A stretch of DNA of 64,000 nt, taken from positions 8,990,001 through 9,054,000 of the forward strand of contig NC_043004.1 of the NCBI RefSeq assembly GCF_006345805.1. Direction: 5' to 3'. The stretch is from Octopus sinensis (Eukaryota). Numbering within the stretch: position 1 is the stretch's first letter; every line of letters starts with the position of its first letter. Positions 27,846 to 40,396 of this stretch are shown here, piece after piece. Under the pieces are notes generated by a model, which did no database searches, was not told the origin of the DNA, and saw only the letters and a program-made list of their open reading frames with translations. A program made the position numbers and the translations under genes.

Positions 27846-28532
27846 TATAATATATGTGTGTGTGTTCGCGCGCGCATGAGTGTATGTATACATATATACC
27901 GCCTGTATGTAATGTTTGCATATGTGTATATTTATTTGGTTTAATCACAAGAATTAATTATGAGCAATCATTTTTTTCTTACGATTCTGTTCCCACATCG
28001 AGTGTTGTTCTGTAAATAGACAGTATTGCAAGAACCAAATTGCAGTTTGATATACATAACTGGCGGAAACTTCGAAGTCGCTTTCAGTAATATTCTTGTT
28101 TAAGAATAATAAAATTGTAGACTACAAAAGTATTTAGTGACCCATTAGATTAATGTAATATTATTTTAATTATAACTGAACATAAACAAAACACACACAC
28201 AAACCACACACACACATCACAAACACATACATCCGATGCATATATATATATATATATAATATATATATATAAAGAGAGAGAGAGAGAGAGAGAAAGAGTT
28301 TACGAAAGAAACAAAACAAAAGACGAAGACAGGTGGTGCACAAAACAAACAGATGTATTAGTATAACGCTCAGGAATAGAAAAAGTCATTTACGTTTCGA
28401 GCCTAAGCTTTCCTACAGAAAGGGACACAAAAAAACACAAGGAGAGAAAAAATGTTGTAGTGGCTAACGAACTATCATATATATATATATATATGTATTA
28501 TATATATTATATATACATATATATATAATATA

Positions 28533-28950
28533 GGCGCAGGAGTGGCTGTGTGGTAAGTAGCTTGCTAACCAGCCACATGGTTCTGGGTTCAGTCCCACTG
28601 CGTGGCATCTTGGGCAAGTGTCTTCTGCTATAGCCTCGGGCCGACCAAAGCCTTGTGAGTGGATTTGGTAGACGGAAACTGAAAGAAGCCTGTCGTATAT
28701 ATGTTTATATATATGTATGTGTATGTAAATGTTTGTGTGTCTGTGTTTGTCCCTCTAGCATTGCTTGACACCAACGATGCTGGTGTGTTTAGTCCCCTCA
28801 CTTAGCGGTTCGGCAAAAGAGACCGATAGAATAAGTACTGGACTTACAAAGAATAAGTCCCGGGGTCGATTTGCTCAACTAAAGGCGGTGCTCCAGCATG
28901 GCCGCAGTCAAATGACTGAAACAAGTAAAAGAGAGAAAAGAGTAAAGAGT
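28533..28950 (+). mobile_element. Second copy of the 27427 SINE, part of the duplication
   Basis: Near-identical to 27427-27845. Confidence 0.9.
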
Positions 28951-29322
28951 ATAATATATGTGTGTGTGTTCGCGCGCGCATGAGTGTATGTATACATATA
29001 TACGCCTGTATGTAATGTTTGCATATGTGTATATTTATTTGGTTTAATCACAAGAATTATATATGAGCAATCAATTTCTTACGATTCTGTCCCACATCGA
29101 GTGTTGTTCTGTAAATAGACAGTATTGCAAGAACCAAATTGCAGTTTGATATACATAACTGGCGGAAACTTCGAAGTCGCTTTCAGTAATATTCTTGTTT
29201 AAGAATAATAAAATTGTAGACTACAAAAGTATTTAGTGACCCATTAGATTAATGTAATATTATTTTAATTATAACTGAACATAAACACACACACAGGCAC
29301 AAACACATACACATCCGAATGC

Positions 29323-29359
<37 letters not shown>

Positions 29360-29562
29360 AGAGAGAGAGAGAGAGAGAAAGAGTTTACGAAAAGAAACAA
29401 AACAAAAGACGAAGACAGGTGGTGCACAAAACAAACAGATGTATTAGTATAACGCTCAGGAATAGAAAAAGTCATTTACGTTTCGAGCCTAAGCTTTCCT
29501 ACAGAAAGGGACACAGAAAAAAACAAGGAGAGAAAAAAGTGTGTAGTGGCTAACGAACTATC

Positions 29563-29688
<126 letters not shown>

Positions 29689-29996
29689 GTGTGGTGTGTG
29701 TGTGTGTTTGTATATATGTGGTGGTGGAGTGTATGTATGTAAACGTGATAACTTGTCATAAGCTTAGTACGGCAGTCCACCAGTTGGTTCAACAACAACG
29801 ACGACGATACCAACAGCAACAACAACAGCAATACCATGTTTACAAACTAATCTGTCATTATTTGCACGGTGATATACAGAGTCAGTTTTAACTAATTGGC
29901 TTAATTATATTTACTAATTAACCTTCCTTAACTCGGGGGTTCATCTTTCGTAAATGTATTTACGTTAGTCTAATAAACAGCCAAGAAAAGCGTTAC

Positions 29997-30026
29997 CTGT
30001 GCGCCGACTATTATTGCTACAACTTC
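29997..30026 (-). CDS. Candidate 30-nt phase 0-0 short exon, EVVAIIVGAQ
   Basis: Acceptor cgactgtatttag|, donor CAG|gtaacg; lies in a repeat-free island. Confidence 0.25.
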
Positions 30027-30708
30027 CTAAATACAGTCGGACATGTTTTAAGATAATTAAGGATCATGTTTACATGTTTACAACTACATTTGATAAACGA
30101 TTACAAGTAAAAGTAACCTATTTACGGTTACAAGTCTAATAATTAAACAACCAATAAGAGCTAATGGGTCTTTAATTGCTTTACTCACTCGCGTCCGTTT
30201 AATTTGGCTGGAATTTCTATTATATAAGGCCTAAAAGTCTCTTCAATAATTCTATCATTCGTTTATCTCCCTTTATTCTTCACCTCTCTACTATGTCCAC
30301 CGCTCCGTACCTTTCTTTCTGTTTTTATTTTGACTTTCAGAACTTTTCCCTTTTCTCTTCTTCGCTTCTGCCATTTCGTCGTTTTTTCTTTCCTCTTTTC
30401 TTTCCGTCTAAATCTACAACCTATAATAACAGCGCATCATGATCACTACACCCGTAAAGCTATGACCAAAATGTGTAAGTGCACTTCCTCCACAGACATT
30501 CACGTATGTGTGTATATGTATGTATATATAAACACACACCACACACCACACACACACACACACACATATATATATACATATACTTATATACGCATACATA
30601 TATATGTGTTTACACACGTAACACACGTGTCTGCTAAGTACCAATGAACAAATCTCTTGGACCTTGAGCCACTCATTAACTTCAGATTATTAATAAAACG
30701 TATAAACA

Positions 30709-30741
<33 letters not shown>

Positions 30742-30994
30742 TATATATATATATTATATATATATATATATATGATACAGATAAAGAAATAATTTTATTC
30801 TCAAACGCAGGATATTGCTAATAATATAGCATGAACAGGATAAACTCTCCATATTTAGCAGAAAAATCTGTCGGCGGCCAGTCATGAGACTCGAACTCAC
30901 ATGCCTGTAATTACGCGTCAAGTATTTTATCATTAAGCTAAACTGCCCCAACGACAAACCCTTCTGCAAATTTAGGATGTATAAATCTAGCTTT

Positions 30995-31507
30995 TACATT
31001 ATTTACATTTGACGGATATTTGTCCCCATCTTATTTGTTGTTAACACATTGTTTCGGCTGATGTACTCTCCAGTTTTCATCAGGTATCTTGGGCAAATCT
31101 CGAACCTGGTTTCTCATTCCTAAGGTATTTTTCGCTGTTATTATTTCTCTATATGTCTCCATTGAAGTCTAATGCCGGCTCCATATCGATTCAATAATAC
31201 AGCTCTATATTTAAATGTAAATAATGTACATAATTCCTCATCTTTTAACTATAGAACTGTATTATTTAGTCGGTATGTAGCCGACATCAGACTTCAATGG
31301 AGACATATAGAGAAATAATAACATCGAAAAATACCTTAGGAATGAGAACCCAGGTTCGAAATTTCCCCAAAACATCTGATGAAGGCTGGTGGGTATTTCA
31401 ACCGAAACGTTGTGTTAATAACAAACAAGATGAGGACAAATATCCGTCGAAGGTAAATAATGTAAATAATGTACATAATTCCTCATCTCTTAAATATAGA
31501 ACTCTAA
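30995..31507. mobile_element. Penelope-like fold-back element with a 12-bp TSD and two hammerhead-like cores in opposite orientation
   Basis: ~30995-31214 is the reverse complement of ~31245-31465; AAATCTAGCTTT at 30983-30994 and 31508-31519; CTGATGA..GAAAC on each arm. Confidence 0.8.
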
Positions 31508-31689
31508 AAATCTAGCTTTATAAGACACTGTCGTACGTTAAATTCAACTTACGTTGAAAGTCAACAAAGTTTGGTTGAGATGTAATGAAAAGCGTTGAGA
31601 ATTGGAACAGTCAGTTGGATTATTATGTCGTGTGTGTCTATGACATACCTTTTTTGGGGCATTGCTGTATTTTTTGCAAACTCTATATA

Positions 31690-32542
31690 ATCTTTGTTTC
31701 AGATTTGTGGTTATTGTGGTTATAAAGGCTGAGCATTGCGATTTAGAAATATCTCGGTTTTTAAAAGTTGCCAGGTCTTTCGTCTACAAAGTTTGTAAGG
31801 AGCTAGAGACTGAAGATGGAAACGTATCACCAGTATTTAGCATTAAAAGCATCCAAACAATCTGAAATCATCAGAACACCTGGAGGTATCCAGCAAGTTC
31901 AACAGACTATTGATTACAACCCCAGAAAGTCCATGAGTTCAATTGCAAAAGATCTCCATGTGTCAAAAAGAACAGTAAAAAATGTTGTCCACAAAGACAG
32001 CGGATATAAGTCTTATGTGATGAGGAAAGGTGAATTTGTCCGAAAAAGCAAAAGAAAATCACTACATCAGATCTAAAAGGTTCTTAAACAAACTGAAAAA
32101 TCCAGAAGAAGATTTGATTTGGTTTTTCTCAAATGAGAAAAATTTTGAACAAAATCAATACGTTAGAAGAAACGACAGATGGTTATGGGCAGCCCATTCT
32201 GAAGTTCCAAGTGTCGTGCATACAAAATTTCCTGTAACTGTCATAGTTTTAGGACTTGTCAGCAATGAAAGACATGTGATGCCTCCTTACTTCTTTCCCC
32301 AAGGCCTTAGAGTTAACTCTACCGCCTACATTGAGGTCCTGGAAATAATTATTAAGCCCTGGATAGACAGTACATGCTATGGAAGGGCATATGTGCTTCA
32401 GTAAGACTCTGCATTACCACACATGGCTCTAGTAACATAAGAATGGATGGTTGAAAATGTTCATGATCACATAACCCCTAACATCTGGCCCCCTAATTCT
32501 CCAGATCTCAATCCATAGGACTATTACATGTGGAGTGTTGTT

Positions 32543-32586
<44 letters not shown>

Positions 32587-32750
32587 AGAGGTCAATGAAC
32601 ACACCCAAAACACCAAAAGTTCTTTGAAAGCTGCCATAGTCAGAGTAATGTCCAAAATGAACCAGGACAATTTGATTCGAGCATGTAGATGATTTAGATC
32701 TCATACAGAAGCAGTTGTTGAAGCTGAAGGTGGCTTTATTGAATAGAATT
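31690..32750 (+). pseudogene. Tc1/mariner-superfamily DD37D (maT) transposase pseudogene
   Basis: HTH region (EISRFLKVARSFVYKV; PRKSMSSIAKDLHVS), WFFS(N)EKNF, Q*DSALPH...WPPNSPDLNP*DYYMW with 37 residues between the last two catalytic Asp, C-terminus AEGGFIE*; several stops and frameshifts and a (GA)n expansion. Confidence 0.92.
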
Positions 32751-32879
32751 ATAGAAGAGAAGGTCTATTTTTATCCTCATAACATTTTTTGATAAATAAT
32801 GCTATTATCTATTATCATATGTCTGTTTTTTGTAAACATAAATCCGTTCTCAAATATGTTACGCTCCCTGTGTGTGTCC

Positions 32880-32928
<49 letters not shown>

Positions 32929-32934
32929 CATATG

Positions 32935-33155
32935 TACATGCATACATGCAGACGAACAAACGTAAAGACACACACACATGCATATATATGTATAACAGGC
33001 TTCTTTTAAGTTTCCAACAACTTAATCCACTCATAAGGCTTTAGTCCGCCCGAGTCTATCGTAGAAGATACTTGCTCGAGGCACCCTGCTGTGAGACTGA
33101 ACCCGGAATCATGTGGTTGGGAGGTAAGCTTTTTACCACAGCCCCGCTTGCGCCT
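32935..33155 (-). mobile_element. 5' part of a SINE of the 27427 family
   Basis: Reverse complement ATAGGCGCAAGCGGGGCTGTGGTAAAAAGCTTACC...CCGGGTTCAGTCTCA...AAAGCCTTATGAGTGGATT. Confidence 0.75.
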
Positions 33156-33291
33156 ATATATATATATACATTTTTAGCACCCTTCGTATATATATATATA
33201 TATATGTAGGTCCCGGGTTGATTCGGGGTTAACCACAGTAAATAAGGTACTCAATACATAGCAGAGTAAAATTAATTTATTATATAGAAGG

Positions 33292-33342
33292 AGCTTCTAC
33301 AGGACTAGAACTGTTTCATTCAAGAGAAATCTTCAGGAAGCT
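33292..33342 (-). ncRNA. Type I hammerhead ribozyme fold (left arm)
   Basis: agcttc-CTGAAGA-t ttc tctt gaa t-GAA-ACAG ttctagtc CTGT-A-gaagct. Confidence 0.75.
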
Positions 33343-33358
33343 TCCTGAAGATTTCTTC

Positions 33359-33415
33359 AGGAGCTTCCTGAAGATTTCTCTTGAATGAAACAGTTCTAGT
33401 CCTGTAGAAGCTCCT
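33359..33415 (+). ncRNA. Type I hammerhead ribozyme fold (right arm)
   Basis: aggagcttc-CTGAAGA-t ttc tctt gaa t-GAA-ACAG ttctagtc CTGT-A-gaagctcct. Stem I 9 bp, stem II 3 bp with a U.U closing pair, stem III 4 bp, GUA triplet. Confidence 0.8.
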
Positions 33416-33513
33416 TCTATATAATAAATATATATATATATATGTATATATATGTATGTATATATATATATATATGTATATATACATACATATATATATA
33501 TATATACATATTA

Positions 33514-33722
33514 AAATTGAAGAAATAGAGCAGGTAAAATCCTGGCTACATATGTTTTCTAGCAGAATCCTGGACGTAAAAATCTCTAGTGAGTTAACTT
33601 GGGATCCTTTTAACTAAGGTACCTTCAGCCTAATGAGTAGCTAGTGGAGTACTCCGTGTTGAGTAATTATTACTTCTGTGGTTCTGCTAGCCTGGATTTT
33701 ACCTGTTCCATTACCTCAATTT
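33514..33722. mobile_element. MITE-like element with ~35-bp imperfect TIRs
   Basis: AAATTGAAGAAATAGAGCAGGTAAAATCCTGGCTA versus the reverse complement of the right end, AAATTGAGGTAATGGAACAGGTAAAATCCAGGCTA. Confidence 0.75.
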
Positions 33723-33882
33723 GAATTTTCATTCGCATACATAGCAACCGCAGTTGCTAACCGTAAACTATAAAACAACTGTTTTCAGCTTATCAAATTT
33801 CGATATGGGAAAAAATTACAACCTTCTACGCCAAAACACTATCATCGTCCCTGAAAGCTGTTTTTTTTTAATACTTTCTAAG

Positions 33883-34719
33883 CACATTTCGACGCTTACT
33901 AATGCCCAACGCCTTGATCCTTGGATCTCTGCTTTATTTTCTCTTATTCCTCTCTCTTGAAGACCACAGGCTCGAAACGTAAAAGATATTTTCATTTTTT
34001 TCCGAGCGCATCAAACTAATACACTCTCTTGTTGTTCCCACACTTGTCCTCGTCTTTTTCTTTTCTATAAATTTCAACAATACATACATACATACATACA
34101 TATATACATACCTATATATATAATAGAAATATTAAAATTACTAAGTCTCTCTAAAAGAGACTACAGCAGCGTTACTGGAAATTAATTGTTATCGCCATAT
34201 TGATATGGCAGTCTTATAGATATAAGACTAAAAGCTGTCGCTGATTAGCTCCATGAGGCCATCGCCTTAAGATAGCTATTTGACACACAAACTGTGTCCA
34301 TTATAACCTTCGAACAAGGGAGGTCAGCCGCTTCACACATTTCGAAGCTTACTAACGCCCAACGCCTTGATCCTTGGATCTCTGCTTTATTTTCTCTTAT
34401 TCCTCTCTCTTGAAGACCACAGGCTCGAAACGTAAAAGATATTTTCATTTTTTCCGAGCGCATCAAACTAATACACTCTCTTGTTGTTCCCACACTTGTC
34501 CTCGTCTTTTTCTTTTCTATAAATTTCAACAATACATACATACATACATATATACAGACTAGCAGTGTGAAGCGGCTGACCTCCCTTGTTCGAAGGTTAT
34601 AATGGACACAGTTTGTGTGTCAAATAGCTATCTTAAGGCGATGGCCTCATGGAGCTAATCAGCGACAGCTTTTAGTCTTATATCTATAAGACTGCCATAT
34701 TAATATGGCGATAACAATT
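33883..34719. mobile_element. Penelope-like tandem/inverted structure B-A-B-A'
   Basis: Direct repeat B at 33883-34108 and 34336-34556; 155-bp inverted repeat A at 34184-34338 and A' at 34565-34719 with one visible mismatch. Confidence 0.85.
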
Positions 34720-34725
34720 TATATA

Positions 34726-34759
<34 letters not shown>

Positions 34760-34795
34760 CATACACACATATATATACATATACATATACATACA

Positions 34796-34826
<31 letters not shown>

Positions 34827-34827
34827 G

Positions 34828-34860
<33 letters not shown>

Positions 34861-35477
34861 TATATACATATATATATATATTATATATATATATACATAC
34901 ATACACTCACACATATATATATATATTATATATATATATATATATATACATATACATACATATACACACACATATTTATATACACATATATATTTATACA
35001 TATGATATTGAAATTTTGTCTTGAGTATAGTTTAGTTGTGTAGTTTTTGTGTTGAGATTCCCGATAAAGTATTTGAGATACTGAAAGAATTAACTCATTG
35101 GTCGGCAAAATAATGAGGCATGAAACGTTGAAAGCCGTAAACAATTATAGATTTATTACCGGTCGGTTTATATTAAAAAGGAAGCGAACGAAGACACGTT
35201 GGCTACCATATTACGATGACACCGTTAGTGGCGTTGGTACATGATGATGATGATGAGGAGGAGGAGGATTAGGAGGAGAAGGAGGAGGAATGCCGTATGG
35301 TGCTGTTGATAGTGATAATGATGATGATGACGACGATTAGAAAAATGTTGGTAAAGATGATAATATTGAAGGCGACAGAAACACTGAGAGCATAATGATA
35401 ATGATGATGATGAGGATGATGAGGATGACGATAATGATGAAGATGACAATCATGATGTTGATCAGGATGATAATGAT

Positions 35478-35690
35478 GAGAAGCTAGCAGAGTCGTTAGC
35501 ACGCCGGCCAAAATACTTAACGGCAATTCGTCAGTCTTTACGTTCTGAGTTCAAATTCCGCCAAAGTCGAATTTACCTTTCACCTTTTCGGGGTCGATTA
35601 AATTAAATACCAGTTACACACTGGGGTTGATGTAATCGACTTAATCCCTTCCCCCAAATTTGTGCTTCCAGTAGAAAGGATTATTATTAT
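35478..35690 (+). mobile_element. SINE of the 10548 family
   Basis: GCTAGCAGAGTCGTTAGCACGCCGG...GTTCTGAGTTCAAATTCCGCC...GGGGTCGATT...CCCCCAAATTTG and a (TTA)n tail. Confidence 0.82.
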
Positions 35691-37273
35691 TTATGCGGCA
35701 AAGTGGCGAGAATTCTTATTATAGTGATGATGGTGGTGATGGTGGCGCTGAGGATTCCATGCCAACCCTGGAAATGGGGCGTGATCGAGGATGTGCGGAT
35801 TTATATTGAGAATAAAACCAACTTTGTAGGAGGAGACAATATTAAATAGGAGAAGAAAGAGGAGTAGTCAGGGAGTATGAAATTGAAATTACTTGAAATA
35901 TGAAATCTTGGGTAAAATATGTGAAAACGACGAGCATGCGCTCGTGCGTGTGTATTTGGTTGTGTACTTGTATGTGTGTGTTCATTAGAATGTTTAAAGG
36001 TGTGTGCGAGTATGTGTGTGCGTGTGTGTGTATTAGTGCTTGTGTTTGTGTGTTATGCTTGGATTTTATGGAATGGTAAAACAGAAAATAGAGGAAAATA
36101 AAGAGAGACGGAGAGAAGAGAATGAAATAGGAAAGTGAAATAGAGAAGGTGAATGAAAAAGGAAGAGAGCGAGAGAGAGAGAGAGGGAGGGAGAGAGTGG
36201 GAGAGCCAAAAAGAAAGAGTGATAAAGATTAGCGAGAAAGACAGAGGGAGGGGGAGAAGAAAAGAAAGTGTGGGAGAGAGAGAACGGAAAAAGAGAGAGT
36301 GGGAAAGAAAGAGAGAAGGAGAGAAAAAAATTCTGCGAAGAAAAATGGTTAGAGGGGATTAAATTTAAAAGAGAAGAATGGAACCGAAATATTCTAACCC
36401 CTGCAGGAAGATTGTTAGAAAGTTGCAGATGAAATACATACATACATGCACGCACGCACACACACACATAAATATAAACATATGCATATATGTACAACAC
36501 ACGTATATACACATACATTTATACGTGTATATATGTATATGTATATATATACACAACCATACATACATACACACACACACACAAACATATATATATATAT
36601 ATATATATACAAGCATATATATATATATTATATATATATATATGTATATATATTTATATGCATGTATGTGTGTGTGTATATGTGCATATATGTGTGCAGA
36701 GAAGAGAATGAGAAAAAGCAAACGGGTTTGAATGACTTAAATATGTAACTACATAAACAAGAAGAAAGCAAAAGGTGAAGCGAGAGAAGGGGGGGAGAGC
36801 GAGGGGAAAGGGAGAGAGACGGAGAGAAGAGTTCGATAACGAGAACGGAGGTGATAAAAACATAAATACTACGATTTAAAGAGAAACACTTTGTTTACCG
36901 TGTCTATGTTAAATAGTTCTTTATTTTGTTTCCTGCTAAATAGGTTTATTACATCGAACCTAATGAAAGGCAAGCGGGGCTGATTATCATATCTCTAAAT
37001 TTGGGAAGAGCTTCGCTTGCCCTTCAGTAAATCCTTTTAATGTCCTTTGAGTCTAATGAATCAATTAATATTCTGTGGATGAAAAGAGAGAAGGAAGATC
37101 TTGTTAAACTGAGAAAACATACAATGAGTAAACGTATATATATATATATATGAATGGAATGTATATATAGATCGATAAACGCACACACACACACACATAG
37201 ATATACATATATATATACATATATTGTATAAACATGCACATATATATGTATTTATATATATATGTGTATGTAT

Positions 37274-37350
<77 letters not shown>

Positions 37351-37788
37351 TATCTGCAAATATATATGTGAATAGAATGTATATATAGATATATAGACGC
37401 ACTCACACACACATATATACATATATTATATAAACATGCATATATATATATATATATGTGTATGTATATATGTATTTATGTATGTATATGCACGAACAGT
37501 AGCAGAAACAAAAACAAAAAAGCGAAATTTACAGGCATTAACACACCCGTAATTGTTTGGGGTTGATGAATTTAATGTAAAGATCATAAAGAACAGTTTT
37601 CATTATTTCCTGACCATTCAGTTTTGTATGGAATTTTAGAATTTTTAGCTAAAAATACACCCCTACAAGAGATAATGAAATTATCACTTTTCTCTTTGTA
37701 TTTGTGTGTGGGGAGGGGATCTTAGTTTTCCTGTTTTAATTTAATTATATTTAGTTTATCATTATTATCTTTATTACAAATATTATTA

Positions 37789-37850
<62 letters not shown>

Positions 37851-37992
37851 TTATTATTATTATTATTATTATTATTATGTTGTCTTATTATTATGCTTGT
37901 CATTAATATTATTGTTGTATTGTTATTGTTATCGACTTAATGTTCATCACAGTCCTCATCCTCATCGGTCTCTTCCTCTTCCTTCTCTATTG

Positions 37993-38027
<35 letters not shown>

Positions 38028-38535
38028 GTCGTCGTCAATAACATTATTATTTTTGTTTAGCAAATTTTTGTTGTCGCCTTTAATTCAATTATGCTTTTTC
38101 GTTTAAAAGTTCACAATTTGAAACGAATTTTAAAAGAACAACCGTTTGCTCTCCTTTTTGTAAGGACAAAGCTAACTTCTATGAGATATGAATCACTTTT
38201 CTTCTTCTCTAATAAATAACCTTCTCTTAGGTTCTGCTTTCCTTTCTTTAGAATTTCTCGTTTGTGTTGAAATTTTTGTTTAGCACTAGGTCAGTGCTAA
38301 TCGACCAGTACCTGTGAACAAAAGGTATTCCAGCCATGACTGTAAGAAGGTAATTTTTTCAATGTTTCTTGAAGTAAATTATTCAGAATATTTTAAACGA
38401 TGGAGTTTGATTATGAGGTAAATTTGGTTGCCATATCTTGCACGACGAGCGAGCGACCACACCAGGGCTCAGCTATCATCTCCTTTATTTCCATTGAATC
38501 AATATATGAGATTGTATGTGTGTGTGTGTGTGTGT

Positions 38536-38572
<37 letters not shown>

Positions 38573-39422
38573 TTGTGTGTGTAATAACAGATCACTAAAT
38601 CAACGTATAACCTTTAATTAACATATTTGTACCCTTAATTTAATTCCCAGTCCTAACCCCACGTGTCACAGTGTTTGCCATGGTTGGACTTTCGAATTAC
38701 AGCTACACCCCATCACTGAGATTTCCATATAATCTCGGACACCAGTTGGAGTTTGAATTTTATATATATTCCATTCATGATTGTGAAATTAAATTCTTAA
38801 CCACTCGGCCAGGTCTGTAGCCACGGCGATTTTAGTCTAACCTGGACATGGGAGGATAAGTCATTGATGAGGTTGTCAATGGCAACGAAACGACTTTGAC
38901 GAAACTAGCTGCTTAATTGATTGACAGACTGATTAATTAAACTATCCACTAGTTAATTGGTTAAGTGGCTAATCAATTGACAAATAAGGAAGTGAAAGAG
39001 AAGCAGTGAGTGCGTATATTTGTTGTTGGCATGAAGGCCCAGCCGTGATTATGAGAGTGTATTTATGCATATAGAAGAATAAACTAGTACCCGCCGGTTA
39101 GCCTCAGACGCGCTGCCATTTTCAAACCCTAGCACTGCTGTGAGCTCCGCTAAAGGCAGCCAAATGGTGTGCAGTTCAACCAAGATACGGATTTCTACTC
39201 CACTCAAAAACCGTTACAATCCGTCCACAGGATACCTGCGCAATTTTCATTTATCAAAATTCACTGACTTTGTTCAGGTCGACTCCAAATCATGTTAAGC
39301 GTTATTTGTAGAAGATACAGAGGATCGAACCCGGTACCTCAAGGTTATGCAGCAAACTTAGTGACCACACGGCTGCTATTTCGTCGTGATGATTTTTATG
39401 GAGGCTTCAAATATTTACTTAC

Positions 39423-39492
<70 letters not shown>

Positions 39493-39603
39493 ACCTCTCT
39501 CTTTCATTCTGTCTATCTGTCTGTCTGTCTGTCTGTCTGTCTGACTCTCTCTCTCTCTCTCATTCTCTCTCTCTCTATCTTTACCTCTCTCTTTCAGTTT
39601 GTC

Positions 39604-39640
<37 letters not shown>

Positions 39641-40375
39641 ATCTATCTATCATACATAATCTCTCCTGAGTTTTATTGCGATGCATCGTCCATTATTACC
39701 CCCCCACCTTTCGCCATCCACCCATCTTTCTTAAGTAAACCTCACTCATTCTGAATTCTTCCCTTCTCACCTACCCTCTTCTCACTTCCCTGCTCTCTCT
39801 CTCTCTCTCTCTCTCTCAACACATTCCATCTGTTTCTACTTTCTTTGAATTTCCCTCGCTTTCTCACTTTCTTCTTCTTTCCACTTCATATTTCTCTTTC
39901 CTACTCTTTCACACCACCCTCTCTCTCTCTCCCCCTCTCTTTCTCTTTACTCACTCACATATTACTTTAGTCTCCCCTTCCCATCCTTAATTAATCTATT
40001 TCTCTCTTTATTTCTACAACCCCCCACCCCACCCTATTCCCACTTCTATCCACAACGTTAGATCTTCAATATTGTTTGTCAAAGAAGGAGGTGAAATTGT
40101 GCTTCATGAACAAGCTACACCAGACGTTTATTGTCCGTTCTCTTTGTATTTGTGGTGCCACCTGATGACAAAACACCCACGTGGTCCACCAGGTTTACAG
40201 TCATCAATTATTTCCCTTAAACATAATCAGTTCGAGCGTGAACATCTGAAATTGATACGAAATATCCAATCGGAAGATCGGTGTTCGCATCCGGACACCG
40301 ATCCACGTATATTTTGCCTTTTTAACCCGGACACATTTTTTTTCTGTGTTCACTTTGCTTTCTCGTTCTTGCAAG

Positions 40376-40396
40376 GTTGATAAAGTGAAGAGTCAG
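40376..40396 (+). CDS. Candidate 21-nt microexon, VDKVKSQ
   Basis: Long pyrimidine tract with TGC at 40356 and 40370, AAG| acceptor, CAG|gtaagg donor; only frame 0 is stop-free. Confidence 0.33.

Larger units (their letters stand above)
33275..33429. repeat. Perfect 66-bp inverted repeat with a self-complementary 23-bp spacer (Penelope-like terminus)
   Basis: 33275-33340 is the exact reverse complement of 33364-33429; the spacer CTTCCTGAAGATTTCTTCAGGAG is itself a hairpin. Confidence 0.95.

Noticed and set aside
30860-30950. tRNA-like sequence on the minus strand (A-box- and B-box-like); similar sequence at ~48430-48500
   Set aside because: A cloverleaf could not be completed; consistent with degraded SINE heads rather than tRNA genes.
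31376-31450. Active hammerhead in the fold-back arms
   Set aside because: Core and stem II are present, but the nearest triplet is GUG and no stem I registers with the more distant GUC; listed as hammerhead-like only.
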